A DNA stretch of 63,122 bases, filler included, from Kipferlia bialata (GCA_003568945.1; 5 parts of 5 records of this genome joined end to end with filler, not necessarily neighbours in it), one strand, 5' to 3'. Shown: positions 10,301-22,185, numbered from the whole stretch's first letter. The notes: generated from the sequence alone by a model not told the origin. Made by a program: numbers and translations.

Positions 10301-13300
10301 AGCACGTTCATCGTCTCAAGCTCACCAGAGGCAAGAGAGAGGAGCAAATTGAGACTGACCACGACGCAGACGCAGTCGCCCAGCGTATGATGAGGGTGAT
10401 TGAGAATATGTTAGAGACAAATGATCTTGTTACCAGCTACCAGAGGTGTCGTAGCATTATGATGACTAAAGGCTCAGAGGCAGAGGTCACCATGATCCTT
10501 CCAGCATCCAGAAGGGAGAGACGTATAGCAGCATCTCATATACCAGAAGAGTACGCGGATCGCATGAGAGACACACTCACACAAGAGTTGACCCCGTTTC
10601 TCGTTGTGGAGAACTCATATCTTAGTGAACAAGACAAACACGACATTATGTTTGTCCCTCACGACGAGAAGGACCTCCATACTGTCCATGAGGCAAACGA
10701 GTTCTATGAACAACTGCGATACCCTCTTCTGTTCTGCCAGGGAATGCCCGGGTATTACAAGGGTATGGTACATGAGAGACTACTGAAGAGACCGAGGAAA
10801 CCAGAGAAGAAGACTGAAGAAGAGGCCATCCCTCACGTATCATACTGGGAGGGTCCACCTGATCCAGAGACACTGCCACCTGATGCACATGTACTCAACA
10901 GAGATATTATCTTACCACCCGAAGTAGTGCCACTGCCGGAGGAGGTGCCACCACAACCAGACCAAGCACTTCCTGATCATGCTGCTGAAGATGTCATCGT
11001 AAACATGGATGATCATGAGAACTGGATCAACATCCCCGTCCCGGAGACACCATCAGCACGTGAAGAGCCCAAGAAGAAGAAGGAGAAGAAGGCACCTCCG
11101 AAGATACACACAGAGACAGTTGTGATCAATATGGGAGATTATCACAGGTATATTCTTCAAGAGCGTGACGATACCAGCCGCCTACTGTCATCGGGCCCAC
11201 TGTCGCAAGAGTTCCTGATCGGATGCCAATCTAGGAAGGAGACTGTCAACCTGAACTACCTCAGGACAATCCAGGACACACTCCTATACGGCACATTTGA
11301 TATATTCAGTGATGCAGTCGCCAATAATGAAGAGGACTCTGTTGGCATGCCCCTGACAAAGACAGTGTTACCATCGTCATATAACCTTGGACCCAGGCAC
11401 CTCAAGGTATCAGTGCAACGACATCAGTAAGCCCATGTATAGGTCTAATACATACAAAGTCGATATTTAAAGACTCAGTTCAATGACATTAATCTCAGTT
11501 TCAAACGATGTTCTAACAAAACCGATGAAAATATTTTACAAAAACAAGGAAAACATTTTGTCAAAACCGATGAAATTTTTTTACATCATCAATGACTGTT
11601 TAATTTCATTCTTTATTTACGTCCTTTCTTGACACCAGATGCTCGAACTGAACTGCAAACGACTGATTGATGAGTTCAACTTGCCGACACTGTTCCTGAC
11701 AATGACACTTGACCCAGATAACCCCGACCTGATGAGGGCGGCTGAGAAGTTTCACAACTCTGATCACAAGGAGCGAGACGACCTTGCAGCCAGAGTTTTC
11801 AACGATCAAGTGAAGCGTCTGGATCACCTGATAAACAATGTCGAGATATTTGGCAAGACACTGGCATTCACATACCGCGTGGAGTTCCAAGAGAGAAACC
11901 TACCACACATTCACGCACTTATATGGTTAGAGATTCCGATTATCACACCAGACCAAGTTGATGAGGTAATCAAGGCAGAACTACCAGACCCGATCGATGA
12001 CCCATTACTCTTCGAACTTGTACGTACACATATGATGCACGGAAGCTCCAGGAGGGGATGTACACAGTACAAGTGTGGGAGAGATGCAGCAGAGCTTCAT
12101 GGGAGGGACCCACACGACTACTTCCGCAGACATGGGAAGTGCACAGCAGGATATCCGAAGGATCATGCAGTTACAACTGTCAAGAACGACAGGACTGGTT
12201 ATACATATAGACGTCGTATCACTGGTCCTGGGGGCAGACGAGACAACAGCAGAGTCATCCCATACAGTCCGGCACTACTAGCTATATTCCAGTGCCCACT
12301 CAATGTAGAGATATGCACTGCCATCAACGTGTCTCACTACCTCCACAAGGATCAGAACTCTACGCAGGGATACATTTTCAAGCAACCTCCTATCAACAGG
12401 ACGGTCAGAGTCAACCAGAGTGACGAGATCACTTCATTCGACGTAAATCGTGTTCTCGGACCAGTAGAGGCAGCGTGGCAGATATATGGATTCCCGATGG
12501 GAAAGATGACCCCATCGGTCGACCCTCTTCCTATACACCCAGATGGACAACAGGGCATGATTGTGAGACTCAACGAGGCTCCAACCGAACACCAGAAGAA
12601 GATGCTGAGGAGGGAGATTGAGAGGGGTGCCAAGAAGACCAAGGTCAAGGGGTACATGGAACTCATGACTAAGGAGAGGACCCTACGCAGACATCTCAAG
12701 GCTCTAGTAATGGCGGACACTACTGACATAGAACGCAGATGTGACCTCAAGTATCAGGATGTACCAGCAGAATATGCCTGGAAGCAGGATTCTAAGGTAT
12801 ACATTCGTCGGTCACACAACCTCATCAGATCCACACTCGGCAGAGTACACATGACTGTTCCTCGACAGGGTGAGAGACATTACATGAATCTGATTGCACA
12901 GCACAGAGGGGGTATCCATTCATACGAGGAGTGGAGAACAGTGAAGGGTACAATGTATGATACATATCAAGAGGCTGCGTCGGCACACAAGCTACTGGAC
13001 GACGAGAAGTGGCGTCGGACACTCACACAGGCGTGTGCAGCAGCGCCGACCGGTCACACGAGTGTACTAATCGACCTCCTCGCCTACATTGTCACTAGAC
13101 AGAGTGTATGCACACCAGGTCATCTCATCGACAGTGTTGACCTAAACACCGAGACCACAGACGACAGCGTTTGGCAACTACTACAGAGCAATCACACCAG
13201 GGCACTGGCTGAAGTACTTCCACTATATGGTGATGAACTCAAGCTCCTGGTCCTATTGGATCTAAGACACAAACTGGAATGTACTGGAGAGTGGTCCAAG

Positions 13301-15274
13301 AACAGGAGAAAGGCAATGGCACTGGACACGTTCATGTTATCGAACATTGTCAATGACATCCCGGCAGACTTTGACGACATTGCGTACAGAGAGTTCCTTG
13401 AGAGGTCACTGGAACGCGTGAGAGAGGAGAACAGAGTTAAGTATCACTCTAGTGTCATTCAGACACAGGCAGTAGAGAGGGAACTGGATTATAATGTCAA
13501 CGAGGAGGAACGATCACTTCACGAGATGCAACCGACACTATCAGGTGGTGAGAACGGGCAAATGGCGGCGTACACTACCATCACCAATGCCCTAGAGTCA
13601 CGTCTCGAGGAACTGCGTATTGAGAGGGAAGAGAAGGCAGAAGCCGAGCGTAGACAGAAGGACAATATCCTCGAGCCCCCAGCAACTCCCACACCTCGGT
13701 CCAAGGACAAGAAGGAGACAGTCATCAACCGATACATGTACTTTGTGGATGGACCAGGGGGCAGTGGCAAGACATATTTACTCAAGACACTGATACACTA
13801 CATCAGGTCTCAGGGTGATATTGTCTTAGTGAGTGCCCCAGCAGGTATTGCAGCGTCACTCCTACCAGGGGGTCTCACCAACCATGCCATGTACAAGATC
13901 CCTATACGTGAGTTTGACTATGACAACTCAGACATTAACATGTTCCGCAACGAGGCCACGGCCACTCTCCTCAAGGACCCCAGGGTCCGTCTACTCATAC
14001 TGGATGAGGCGGCCAACATCCACAGCACAGATCTTGAGGCCATCAATGTTGCTATGCAGAGGGCAAGGGGCAACAAGATGCCATTCGGTGGTGTTGTGGT
14101 AGTGTTCTCGGGAGACTTCAGACAGATTCTCCCAGTGGTCAAGACACGTGACAAGGCAACTGCACTTAGTGCATGTGTGTTCAATTTGAAATGGTGGGAA
14201 CCACAGGTAAAACCATTATCACTGCTGGGGAACATGAGAGTGAGAGGTGTGCAGAACGCAGAGTTCATCGACTGGACACTCAAGGTTGGATCCAATGAGC
14301 ATACCGACAGTGACGGAAAGGTATATATACCAGAGTACCTCCGCTTCGTCCCAAAGAGGAAAGAGATTAAGCAGCGGACTCAAGTGAAGCCCAGGTGGTA
14401 TAAGCGCTCAATTGGTAATCTAAAGGTGTCTGGATCGTCCAATACTCGTTCAAAGGCAGAGAAACTAGGAGAGGACGAGATACTGGACCAGGTGATAGCA
14501 CATGTATTCCCACACGTTACAGACAACACAGTATCCCGAGATCCAGACAGCGGCATCGACTCTGCTATTCTTACTGTGCATAATCCAGATGTGGACAGAA
14601 TCAACAACAGAATCGTGAGTGGTATGTCTCACAGACACACACGTTGTTATCTGTCTACCAACAGCTTCATAGGACCGAAGGCTCTATACCACGACAAGAG
14701 TCCCACTGATCTGAACAAGGTGGCACAGAGCGGACTACAACCACACTTGATCAGAGTGGCAGTGGGTGTTCCAATCATGCTCCTGACCAACATGGATGTC
14801 GGCAGCGGACACTGCAACGGGACCAGATATATCGTAGAACAACTACTCGACGACGTGATAATGGCCAGGACCATTACGGGACCCAGCAAGGGCAAACTAT
14901 TCTTTATCCCGAGGTATATATCAATGTTCAGTATAGTTAATAATGGTGTATAGACACAATACTAATACAGGATCACAGTCACCAGGTTCTACGATGGGAT
15001 CGGGTTCAACAGGACACAGTTCCCCATCAGAGTTGCATATGCAATGACTATCAACAAGGCGCAGGGTCAGTCAATCGACAGAGTGTGTCTATTCTTCAAC
15101 AAGGCTCCATTTAGCCACGGCCAGACATTCACAGCCATATCCAGGGTGAGGGACCCCAAGAACTTATCCATATATCTACCAGGGCGAGAGACATCTGTCC
15201 CGAATATCGTGTACGACAGGGCATTGAAACAGATCCCCTTCGGCAGCAGCAGGGAAGTCGAGATTGAGTTCTGA
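7332..15274 (+). CDS. Helitron RepHel polyprotein: Ulp1/C48-like cysteine protease, Cys-rich N-terminal region, HUH Rep, Pif1-family SF1B helicase (4 exons, about 2,520 aa)
   Basis: Exons 7332-9083, 9163-11406, 11639-14913 and 14971-15274 join in frame through GT-AG introns. Protease: GHYVVF..VWDSL..QPDGVMCG. Helitron N-region: CFFCRC..CCNKG, LNSMVAFTS, YEQLRYPLLF. Rep: PTLFLTMT, VEFQERNLPHIHALIW, YLHK..YIFK. Helicase: GPGGSGKT, LILDEA, FGGVVVVFSGDFRQILPV, NGTR, QFPIRVAYAMTINKAQGQS, FSHGQTFTAISRV. An additional upstream exon is possible (acceptor tttcag at 7303-7308). Confidence 0.93.
9105..9149. repeat. Perfect 18-bp inverted repeat (9-nt loop) inside RepHel intron 1
   Basis: aaaccgatgaaatatttt (9105-9122) pairs with aaaatatttcatcggttt (9132-9149). 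Confidence 0.95.
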
Positions 15275-15382
15275 TGCAAGTTGTCATGGTAGTGGATACA
15301 ACATGTAATATTATGTACTAATAGAGAGACAAAAACAAAGGGAAGAGGTTTTTATGGAAAGATAGTAGACAAGATAGAAATA

Positions 15383-15438
15383 TTCATCAGTTCATGTAAA
15401 ATAATTTCATCAGTTCATGTAAAATAATTTCATCAGTT
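15383..15438. repeat. 23-bp tandem repeat (about 2.4 copies) downstream of RepHel, carrying the element motif in reverse orientation
   Basis: Unit ttcatcagttcatgtaaaataat at 15383 and 15406, with a partial copy at 15429. Confidence 0.9.
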
Positions 15439-16184
15439 TGGGTAATAGAAGAAACAAAAACAAGACCTAGACCCCCAAGTAAAGAAGGCTAGTAAAATTA
15501 AAGGGTTCAAGAGTTCAACAACTATAATTATAATTATAGCCGAAACAACGTATAGCGCAAGAATACCACTATATACAAGTTATACAACAACACTGGGAGT
15601 ATTTTATACAGGAGTATAAAAAAAAGTTATCGGCTCATTTTCGAGATCCTGCGAATTAGTGGATATAGGCAAAAACAAAGTATTGGAATAAGACATCTAA
15701 CGCGGTATTTCAACCTAAAACAGGGCGCTGATTCCATTTTCGATATTCATTTTCAAATCGAGTAAGAACTGACAGAGTTACATTTTTGACCCCAGAACCA
15801 GCCTCAGTGTATATACTGTTCAGCACCAGTGCACCCCAAACAACCTTTCGCGACCAAAACTTTTTGCAGCCAGAGTATGTTTCTAGTGCCTACAGCACAG
15901 TTTTCAGTGGTTATAGTGACAGCCAACACACAGGACGCACAGTGTTAGGGGTGGAAGTGACCAACTTTGGGGTCTATAATATATGTCACTACGCGATGAA
16001 ATCAAAAATCTCAACTCTATTTTGTAGAGCTACCTCAACTGTGTATATATGTTCAAAATCAGTATCATCGGCCCCAATGTTAACTAGTGTTACTGGGATA
16101 GATACTGATACTGATACTGATACTGATACTGGGGTACATGGGTGATGAGTTGACTACCCTAATTAGGGCATCCATTTAGTATTA

Positions 16185-16284
16185 NNNNNNNNNNNNNNNN
16201 NNNNNNNNNNNNNNNNNNNNNNNNNNNNTTAATTAATTAANNNNNNNNNNNNNNNNNNNNNNNNNNNNNNNNNNNNNNNNNNNN
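16185..16284. other. Artificial contig linker
   Basis: N-run, TTAATTAATTAA (stops in all six frames), N-run; exactly 100 nt. Confidence 0.97.
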
Positions 16285-16316
16285 ATGTATATGTATAAGG
16301 GTATTAGTATGATAAC

Positions 16317-19300
16317 CTGCTCCTGCCTGTCGAGTATGACGTGAGGTATATATTTCTATGGTGACATAATTAGTATGACCCGAGGTATATATCTGATATG
16401 ACATCAGAGTGACATATTGGTTTGGTGTGACTTTTGTGTGTATCAGGTCTGATATGTCAGGACTGCCTACCCTGGGTATGCTGACTATGTATTGTTCTAC
16501 CTGTATTGTGTATATATATATTTGTATATATACATCTCACCTACTAGAACTGCCTACCCTGGCTGTGCCGACTATGTGCTGGACCAGGGGTCATGCGGGT
16601 CCTGCTGGGCCTTTGCCACAGGTACACTATAGAGAGACTATGTACTATTAAGGCACTATTCTATAGATAGGTACAGCCACAGAGGGACTGTGGTACTATT
16701 AGCACACTATGCGGTGTGTACTGCCTCTCACTCCAGCCGAGTCTCTCTCTGATCGTTACTGTGTCATGACTGGAGACAACACGGTGCTCAGCCCCCAGGT
16801 CAGTGGCTGCTCTCTCTCTGTATGTCTCTCTTTCTGATAGTGGGAGCTTGTGAACTGCGACCGACAGATACTCCCGTTCTATACTATTTTCTGACTCTCT
16901 CTCTGTATACATACGTATCTTACCCCAGGAGCTTGTTGACTGCGACAGACTGATGCTGCCCGGTGGCTGCAGTGGGGGTGAGTCATCTCTCTCGCTCTCT
17001 CTCTGCATATGTATATTCAGTATATATACTTACATATAGGTGAGCCCTACCTGGCCAATGACTCCTTACATAAACTCTCTCCCTGCATGTGTATTCATCA
17101 TATATTTACTCATATATATATGTACTTACGTATAGATGAGCCCTACCTGGCCAATGACTCCTTTCATAACTCGCTCTCTCTATATATATATAAATATAAT
17201 TCCCTGTATACTTTAACATATAGATAGATATACACCTTATATATAGGTGAGCCCTACCTGGCTAATGACTACTTTCATAACTCGCTCTCTCTCTATATAT
17301 ATAAATATAATTCCCTGTATACTTTAACATATACATAGATATACACCTTATATACAGGTGAGCCCTACCTGGCCAATGACTCTTCACATTTCTCTCTCTC
17401 TCTCTGAATACATATATATGTATTCTTGTGTATATGCACTTATATGCAGGTGAGCCCTACCTGGCCAATGACTGGCTGGAGTGGAATGGACTGGTGCCCA
17501 ACGAGTGCTACCCATACGTGTCAGGTGTGTATGGATATGATTACTATTATCCGAATATATGAGTAGTATAATATACCTAATATCAATAGTGAGTTAGGCT
17601 CTCTCTCTTTCTTCCTCCCTCTCTCTCTCTCTCTCCCCCCCAGGCCACACCCACGAGAGGGGCACCTGCCACTCTGATGTGTGCACAGACGGGTCGGAGC
17701 CCAGTCTCAAGGTATGTATATCATATTCGTATATGTCACTAATTTATATTGAAACAGCAGAAACTGGTCTTAATATATGTATAGATGTGTGCACGGGTGG
17801 GTCGGAGCCTGGTCTCAAGGCATATACCTACATATGTATATATACTAATATATACCCCCTGATACCAAGGTCTCACCTCAGGTCTATATATCTATGAGTC
17901 AGCTGTTAGTGACTACATATACCTACCTCACCCCAGGTGTATGTCGAGGCTATGTCCGCTGAGTTCTATGTATGTATATTTGTACACACATATATATACA
18001 AGTACAATATATATATATATATATATACTTCTATACCTCACCCCAGGTGTATGTCGAGGCCATGTCCGCTGAGTTCTATGACAACCCCACCCAGATACAG
18101 AAGGCTATCATGGATAAGGTAATGGGTGTATATATAGAGAGAGTATATAGATATGTTAATGAATGATACAGAAGGCTATCATGGACAAGGTATGTGGTGT
18201 ATCTTGTAACTATGTAGACTGTATCAGTGGTGATCCTGATCTCCTGTCCCCCTCACCCCCAGGGCACTGTGGCTATATATATATGTGTGTGTATATATAT
18301 GTGTGTTTATGTATATATATATATGATGGCCCTCCTTTCTCCTGTCCCACCCCCAGGGCACTGTTGCCGGCACCATGATTGTGTACGAGGACTTCTACAA
18401 CTACAAGGTATGTATACCGTATACTATATATATACATTAGTATATATATATATATATAGGTGTATAATTCTATATTGGACGAGAGGACTTCTACAACTAC
18501 AAGGCACGCTGTATATCACTTACTCCGAAACTGTTGTCATAGTTTTATGTGATATTTGTGTAAGTATGTGTGACTTCTACAACTACAAGGTGGGCATTAT
18601 AGCACATACTTCTAATATGTATGTATGTATTCGTTGATAAATATGCTACTCAGTAGTACGAGGACCTCTACAACTACGTGGTACAAATAGCATGTAATAG
18701 TCGTCTATTGAGCCAACTACACACAATACATTTTGTATACAACTTTGGATGAAGATTTCTACATCTACAAGGTTGGTAAAACACCACATAATATTGTATA
18801 TTACCACATTATTAAAACTATTTATACTTTGCTTCGATATGGACACCGTTACTCTCTATGTGTTATATGCTAAGTATATTATGAATATAGTGATAGTGGT
18901 GCATAGGCACTAACACCAGGGAGGCGTGTACGAGCATGCCTATGGCGCCATGGAGGGTGGCCACGCCATCGCTATCGTGGGGTGCGTGCATTGATACAAA
19001 TATATACATCTTCATATTCATAGTATGAATCATACTCTCTCGAATTCCAACCATCTCTCTTGTGTGTCTCTCACCCCCAGCTGGGGTGTTGACTCGGTGT
19101 CCAACCTGCCCTACTGGACCGTGGTACGTATGTGTCTATTTACATGTGTACATGTACACCACTTAGTAAGTAGTTATCCACCATTTTCATTTCCTATTAT
19201 AGAGTACATTTATAATTACCCCAGTGCAACTACTAGGACTGTGGTACGTATCCTATATATATATATATATTAATAATGACCCCAGCGCAACTCCTGGGGC

Positions 19301-19405
19301 TATGACTTTGGGGAGGACGGGTACTTCAGGATCCTCAGGGGCATGAACATGTGCGAGATTGAGCTGGGGGGGTCAGCCGCAACACCCTTCGTAGACACAG
19401 AGTGA
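16317..19405 (+). CDS. Cathepsin B-like papain-family (C1A) cysteine protease, multi-exon, 5' incomplete
   Basis: Spliced: [10 protein letters not shown] / [24 protein letters not shown] / [21 protein letters not shown] / ELVDCD..GGCSGG / [22 protein letters not shown] / .. / [17 protein letters not shown] / [21 protein letters not shown] / WGVD..YWTV / [31 protein letters not shown]. Catalytic Gln, Cys, His and Asn are all present. Confidence 0.93.
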
Positions 19406-19970
19406 ATATATTCATATAGTGAATATATGCATTGGATGAAGAGATATCGAGTATCCGTTGTTTTGACACAGAGTGGTCAGCCGCCACTCCCTATGTCGAC
19501 ACAGAGTGAATGGATGACTGTCTACTAGATAATATGTCCTATGATTGAGCCTTCCGATCCAACTGAAATGCTCTTTATGTAGTACAAGCGAACACGGCGG
19601 GAAACGACGCCACAGGAATATATTGATACCAAATTGTTGTCAGCGTCGTGTATCTGTGTCAGGGCACCCCCTGAGCAGAGGCGAACGGTGTCATCTGTGA
19701 TGAGTTAGTTTGCAGCGTCACGCCACAGGCATACTTGGCTGAAGTCCCCCCTCTTCTCACTTCATTTCAAGTGACAAGCCCTAACTTCCAAGGAGCAACC
19801 AAAGGGTTGAGGCTCAACCGTTGCGGCCGACAAATTGTTGGGGTATGACCATAATCTTCTTGAAGGTGACAAACCCCTATTCAAACACGACGAGTGCCAA
19901 ATTGGCACTGCCAATCTATCCAGTGAATGATCAAATCCTAATGAATGACACACCCAATCGTCTTTTTAAC

Positions 19971-20878
19971 ATGCTGACACACATCCTGGCTCTGTGTGCC
20001 TTACTGGCACTAGTGGTACGCTCTAATGTACCTCTGCACTTATTGGTGCTGTGTCGTTAAACGATATTGACAGTGTAAGTGCTCTATTTTGAGGATCATT
20101 GTAGTTTTGAGTACGTGGATGTGCTACATGTCGCTGCAGCATAGTAATGCAGTCGGATGTACCTTCACATACACACTATCTTCTCAACACTTGTTGGAAT
20201 GTGTGTTCTTTGGTGTATCTTGTTGACATTTCTGCCAAAAGTCTTAATTGTAACCCTTGGGCATACCCCCCCCCCCCCCTTTCCATATCTTCCCACCCAC
20301 CCCAGTACTGCGTTACTGACCCCATACCCGATGCCACCACCTCCACCATGGACTCCTGCGAGACACTGAGTGACCTGAACGGCATGGTCAACCGTACCGC
20401 CACCCTCCGTACCGCCAGCGGTGATGTGATTGAGGAGTACATGAACCCCGAGTTCTCCATGATCTGCACCTCCATCAGTGGCTCCTGCGTCTCTACAATG
20501 ACATTAGCTGTGGGCTCCTTCGACCCTTCCACGTTCCAGTACACAAGCACCAATGGTAGCCTGTCTGCTTCCCCCGCGCCCGCCATCTGTCAGTGCACCA
20601 ACTCCGTCGTCGTCACTACCGACGGCGGCGATGTTGTGATTGCCGGTCCCACCTCCACCCATGTCTTTGGACCCACCACCTACACAGACGCTGGCCCGGC
20701 TAATGCAGACCCCCCTATCGCCGGATCCACCACCACCGTCTCTCTCTCAGTGACGAACCCTGACTATGACCCCACCATCACCTTTGGGTCTGACGGGTAC
20801 ACCGTGGACATGCACTTTGGGTGGACTGCTGAATCTCTCGTGCCCATGACCATCAACAACAGTGACCCCTCCGGTGAG

Positions 20879-20919
<41 letters not shown>

Positions 20920-21113
20920 TGCCAGAGCGTATGAGACGACACTATATAATCGCGTATGTCTCTCTCCCTAACCCCCCAGCCGTAGTGTACGAGGCAAGTG
21001 TCACCATGCCCGAGACTGTGCCTATAGGGGGTACTGTCCCCTACTACACGGTGTTTGGCAAGGACACTACCTTCGAGGAGCAGCAGACACACGCAGTGGC
21101 CATCAGGTGGGGC

Positions 21114-21150
<37 letters not shown>

Positions 21151-21321
21151 CTCTCCCCCCCCCCCTCCCCCCCCCCCTCTCTCCCCTTTTCCCCCCCCCC
21201 CCCCCCGTATCTCTCTCTAATAGCTGTTGTAGCAACCGCAGGTGTATGTTCCATCTCTCTCTCTCTCTCTCTCTCTCCCTCTTATAGCAGGTGTAGCAAC
21301 CCCAAGTGCTGTATGTTCCAG

Positions 21322-21364
<43 letters not shown>

Positions 21365-21448
21365 AGCAGGTGTAGCAACCCCAAGTGCTGTATGTTCCAG
21401 CTGTCTCCAGACCAGGACTTCATCAGATGCGTGCACTGCAAGAGACAG
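19971..21448 (+). CDS. Secreted or surface Thr/Ser-rich protein of unknown function (3' structure uncertain)
   Basis: Signal-peptide-like exon MLTHILALCALLALV at 19971, a long exon from about 20306 (YCVTDPIPDATTST..NNSDPS), exon AVVYEASVTMPETVPIGG..HAVAI, then a Cys-rich exon RCSNPKCCMFQ..CVHCKRQ that may belong to another gene. Confidence 0.6.
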
Positions 21449-22185
21449 GTGAGACATTGATATAGATATTTGCATCATAAGAGATTGTAATATATATATA
21501 GTCTCCTATACACATATATAATTTTATTTTCTGAGCCAGACTTCATCAGATGCGTGCACTGCAAGAGAGAGGTTTGATATATATGTGTATATATATAGTG
21601 TGTAGACGATGTAATATATATGTGTCTACTGAACAAGACTTCAGATATGTGCACAGCAGGAGACAGGTGGGGGTATATATTGGCAATTATGATGCATTTA
21701 TGTCAGTATACATAGAGTCATATACGTATACTACAAGGGACTATTACCCAGGTATTATGACATGTATTGAATTACTGTATTTCTGCGATACCGATTGCTC
21801 CATTCGGCAAGGGTGTTTTTGAGCACTCATGCAATAAGGGTCTAGAGCAAATAACAAATTGAGTTATTAGGGGTGCAGCGTTTCACCCGAATTAAGGGTG
21901 CAGGAAACCTCTAACCTCAGGGTGTCAATACGTGCTACTGCAGTGAGTCCTGTGCCCAGTTCCACTATGCAAACGGACACCACCACTGAATAGAACATGT
22001 TAACTACAGTTTCATGTTGGAGCTTTCCATTTTGGTCTGAATATGGTGATTCATTAGGCAATTGACCTACATCTTGATTTGGTATCGTACACTCAAGGCA
22101 AAAACTCTATTTAGTGAATCAAAAAACAAGAATCAAGAATCAATTACCTTCATCGTGACACTCATTGTCTCATTCAAGAGTGGAT

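Larger units (their letters stand above)
3698..15492 (+). mobile_element. Autonomous-type Helitron (rolling-circle transposon) carrying RepHel and an RPA70-like gene; termini tentative
   Basis: Complete RepHel motif set. Candidate 5' end A|TCTATCAAATTCAAAGAG at 3698. Candidate 3' end CTAG|T at 15489-15492 without a convincing subterminal hairpin; alternatives are CTAG|T at 16084-16087 or beyond the contig end. Composition differs from host genes: short introns and no exon echoes seen. Confidence 0.85.

Noticed and set aside
12352..14895. Antisense ORFs within RepHel (also within 39658-43053 and 46573-47982)
   Set aside because: Shadow frames of long coding exons with no independent motifs.
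7332..15274. Reading the four RepHel ORFs as a broken pseudogene or as a viral/plasmid operon
   Set aside because: All three gaps are GT-AG introns that restore the frame and join motifs correctly (e.g. GPRHLK/MLELNC and FIPR/ITV..QFPIRVAYAMT). No capsid or polymerase genes were seen.
15044..15500. Helentron assignment with a C-terminal AP endonuclease
   Set aside because: The protein ends shortly after helicase motif VI and no endonuclease ORF follows.
17030..17475. Regularly spaced ~24-nt repeats resembling a CRISPR array (similar sets at 25141-25430 and 57057-57440)
   Set aside because: The repeats are copies of exon ends, the spacers are related low-complexity intron sequence, no cas genes are present and the context is eukaryotic.
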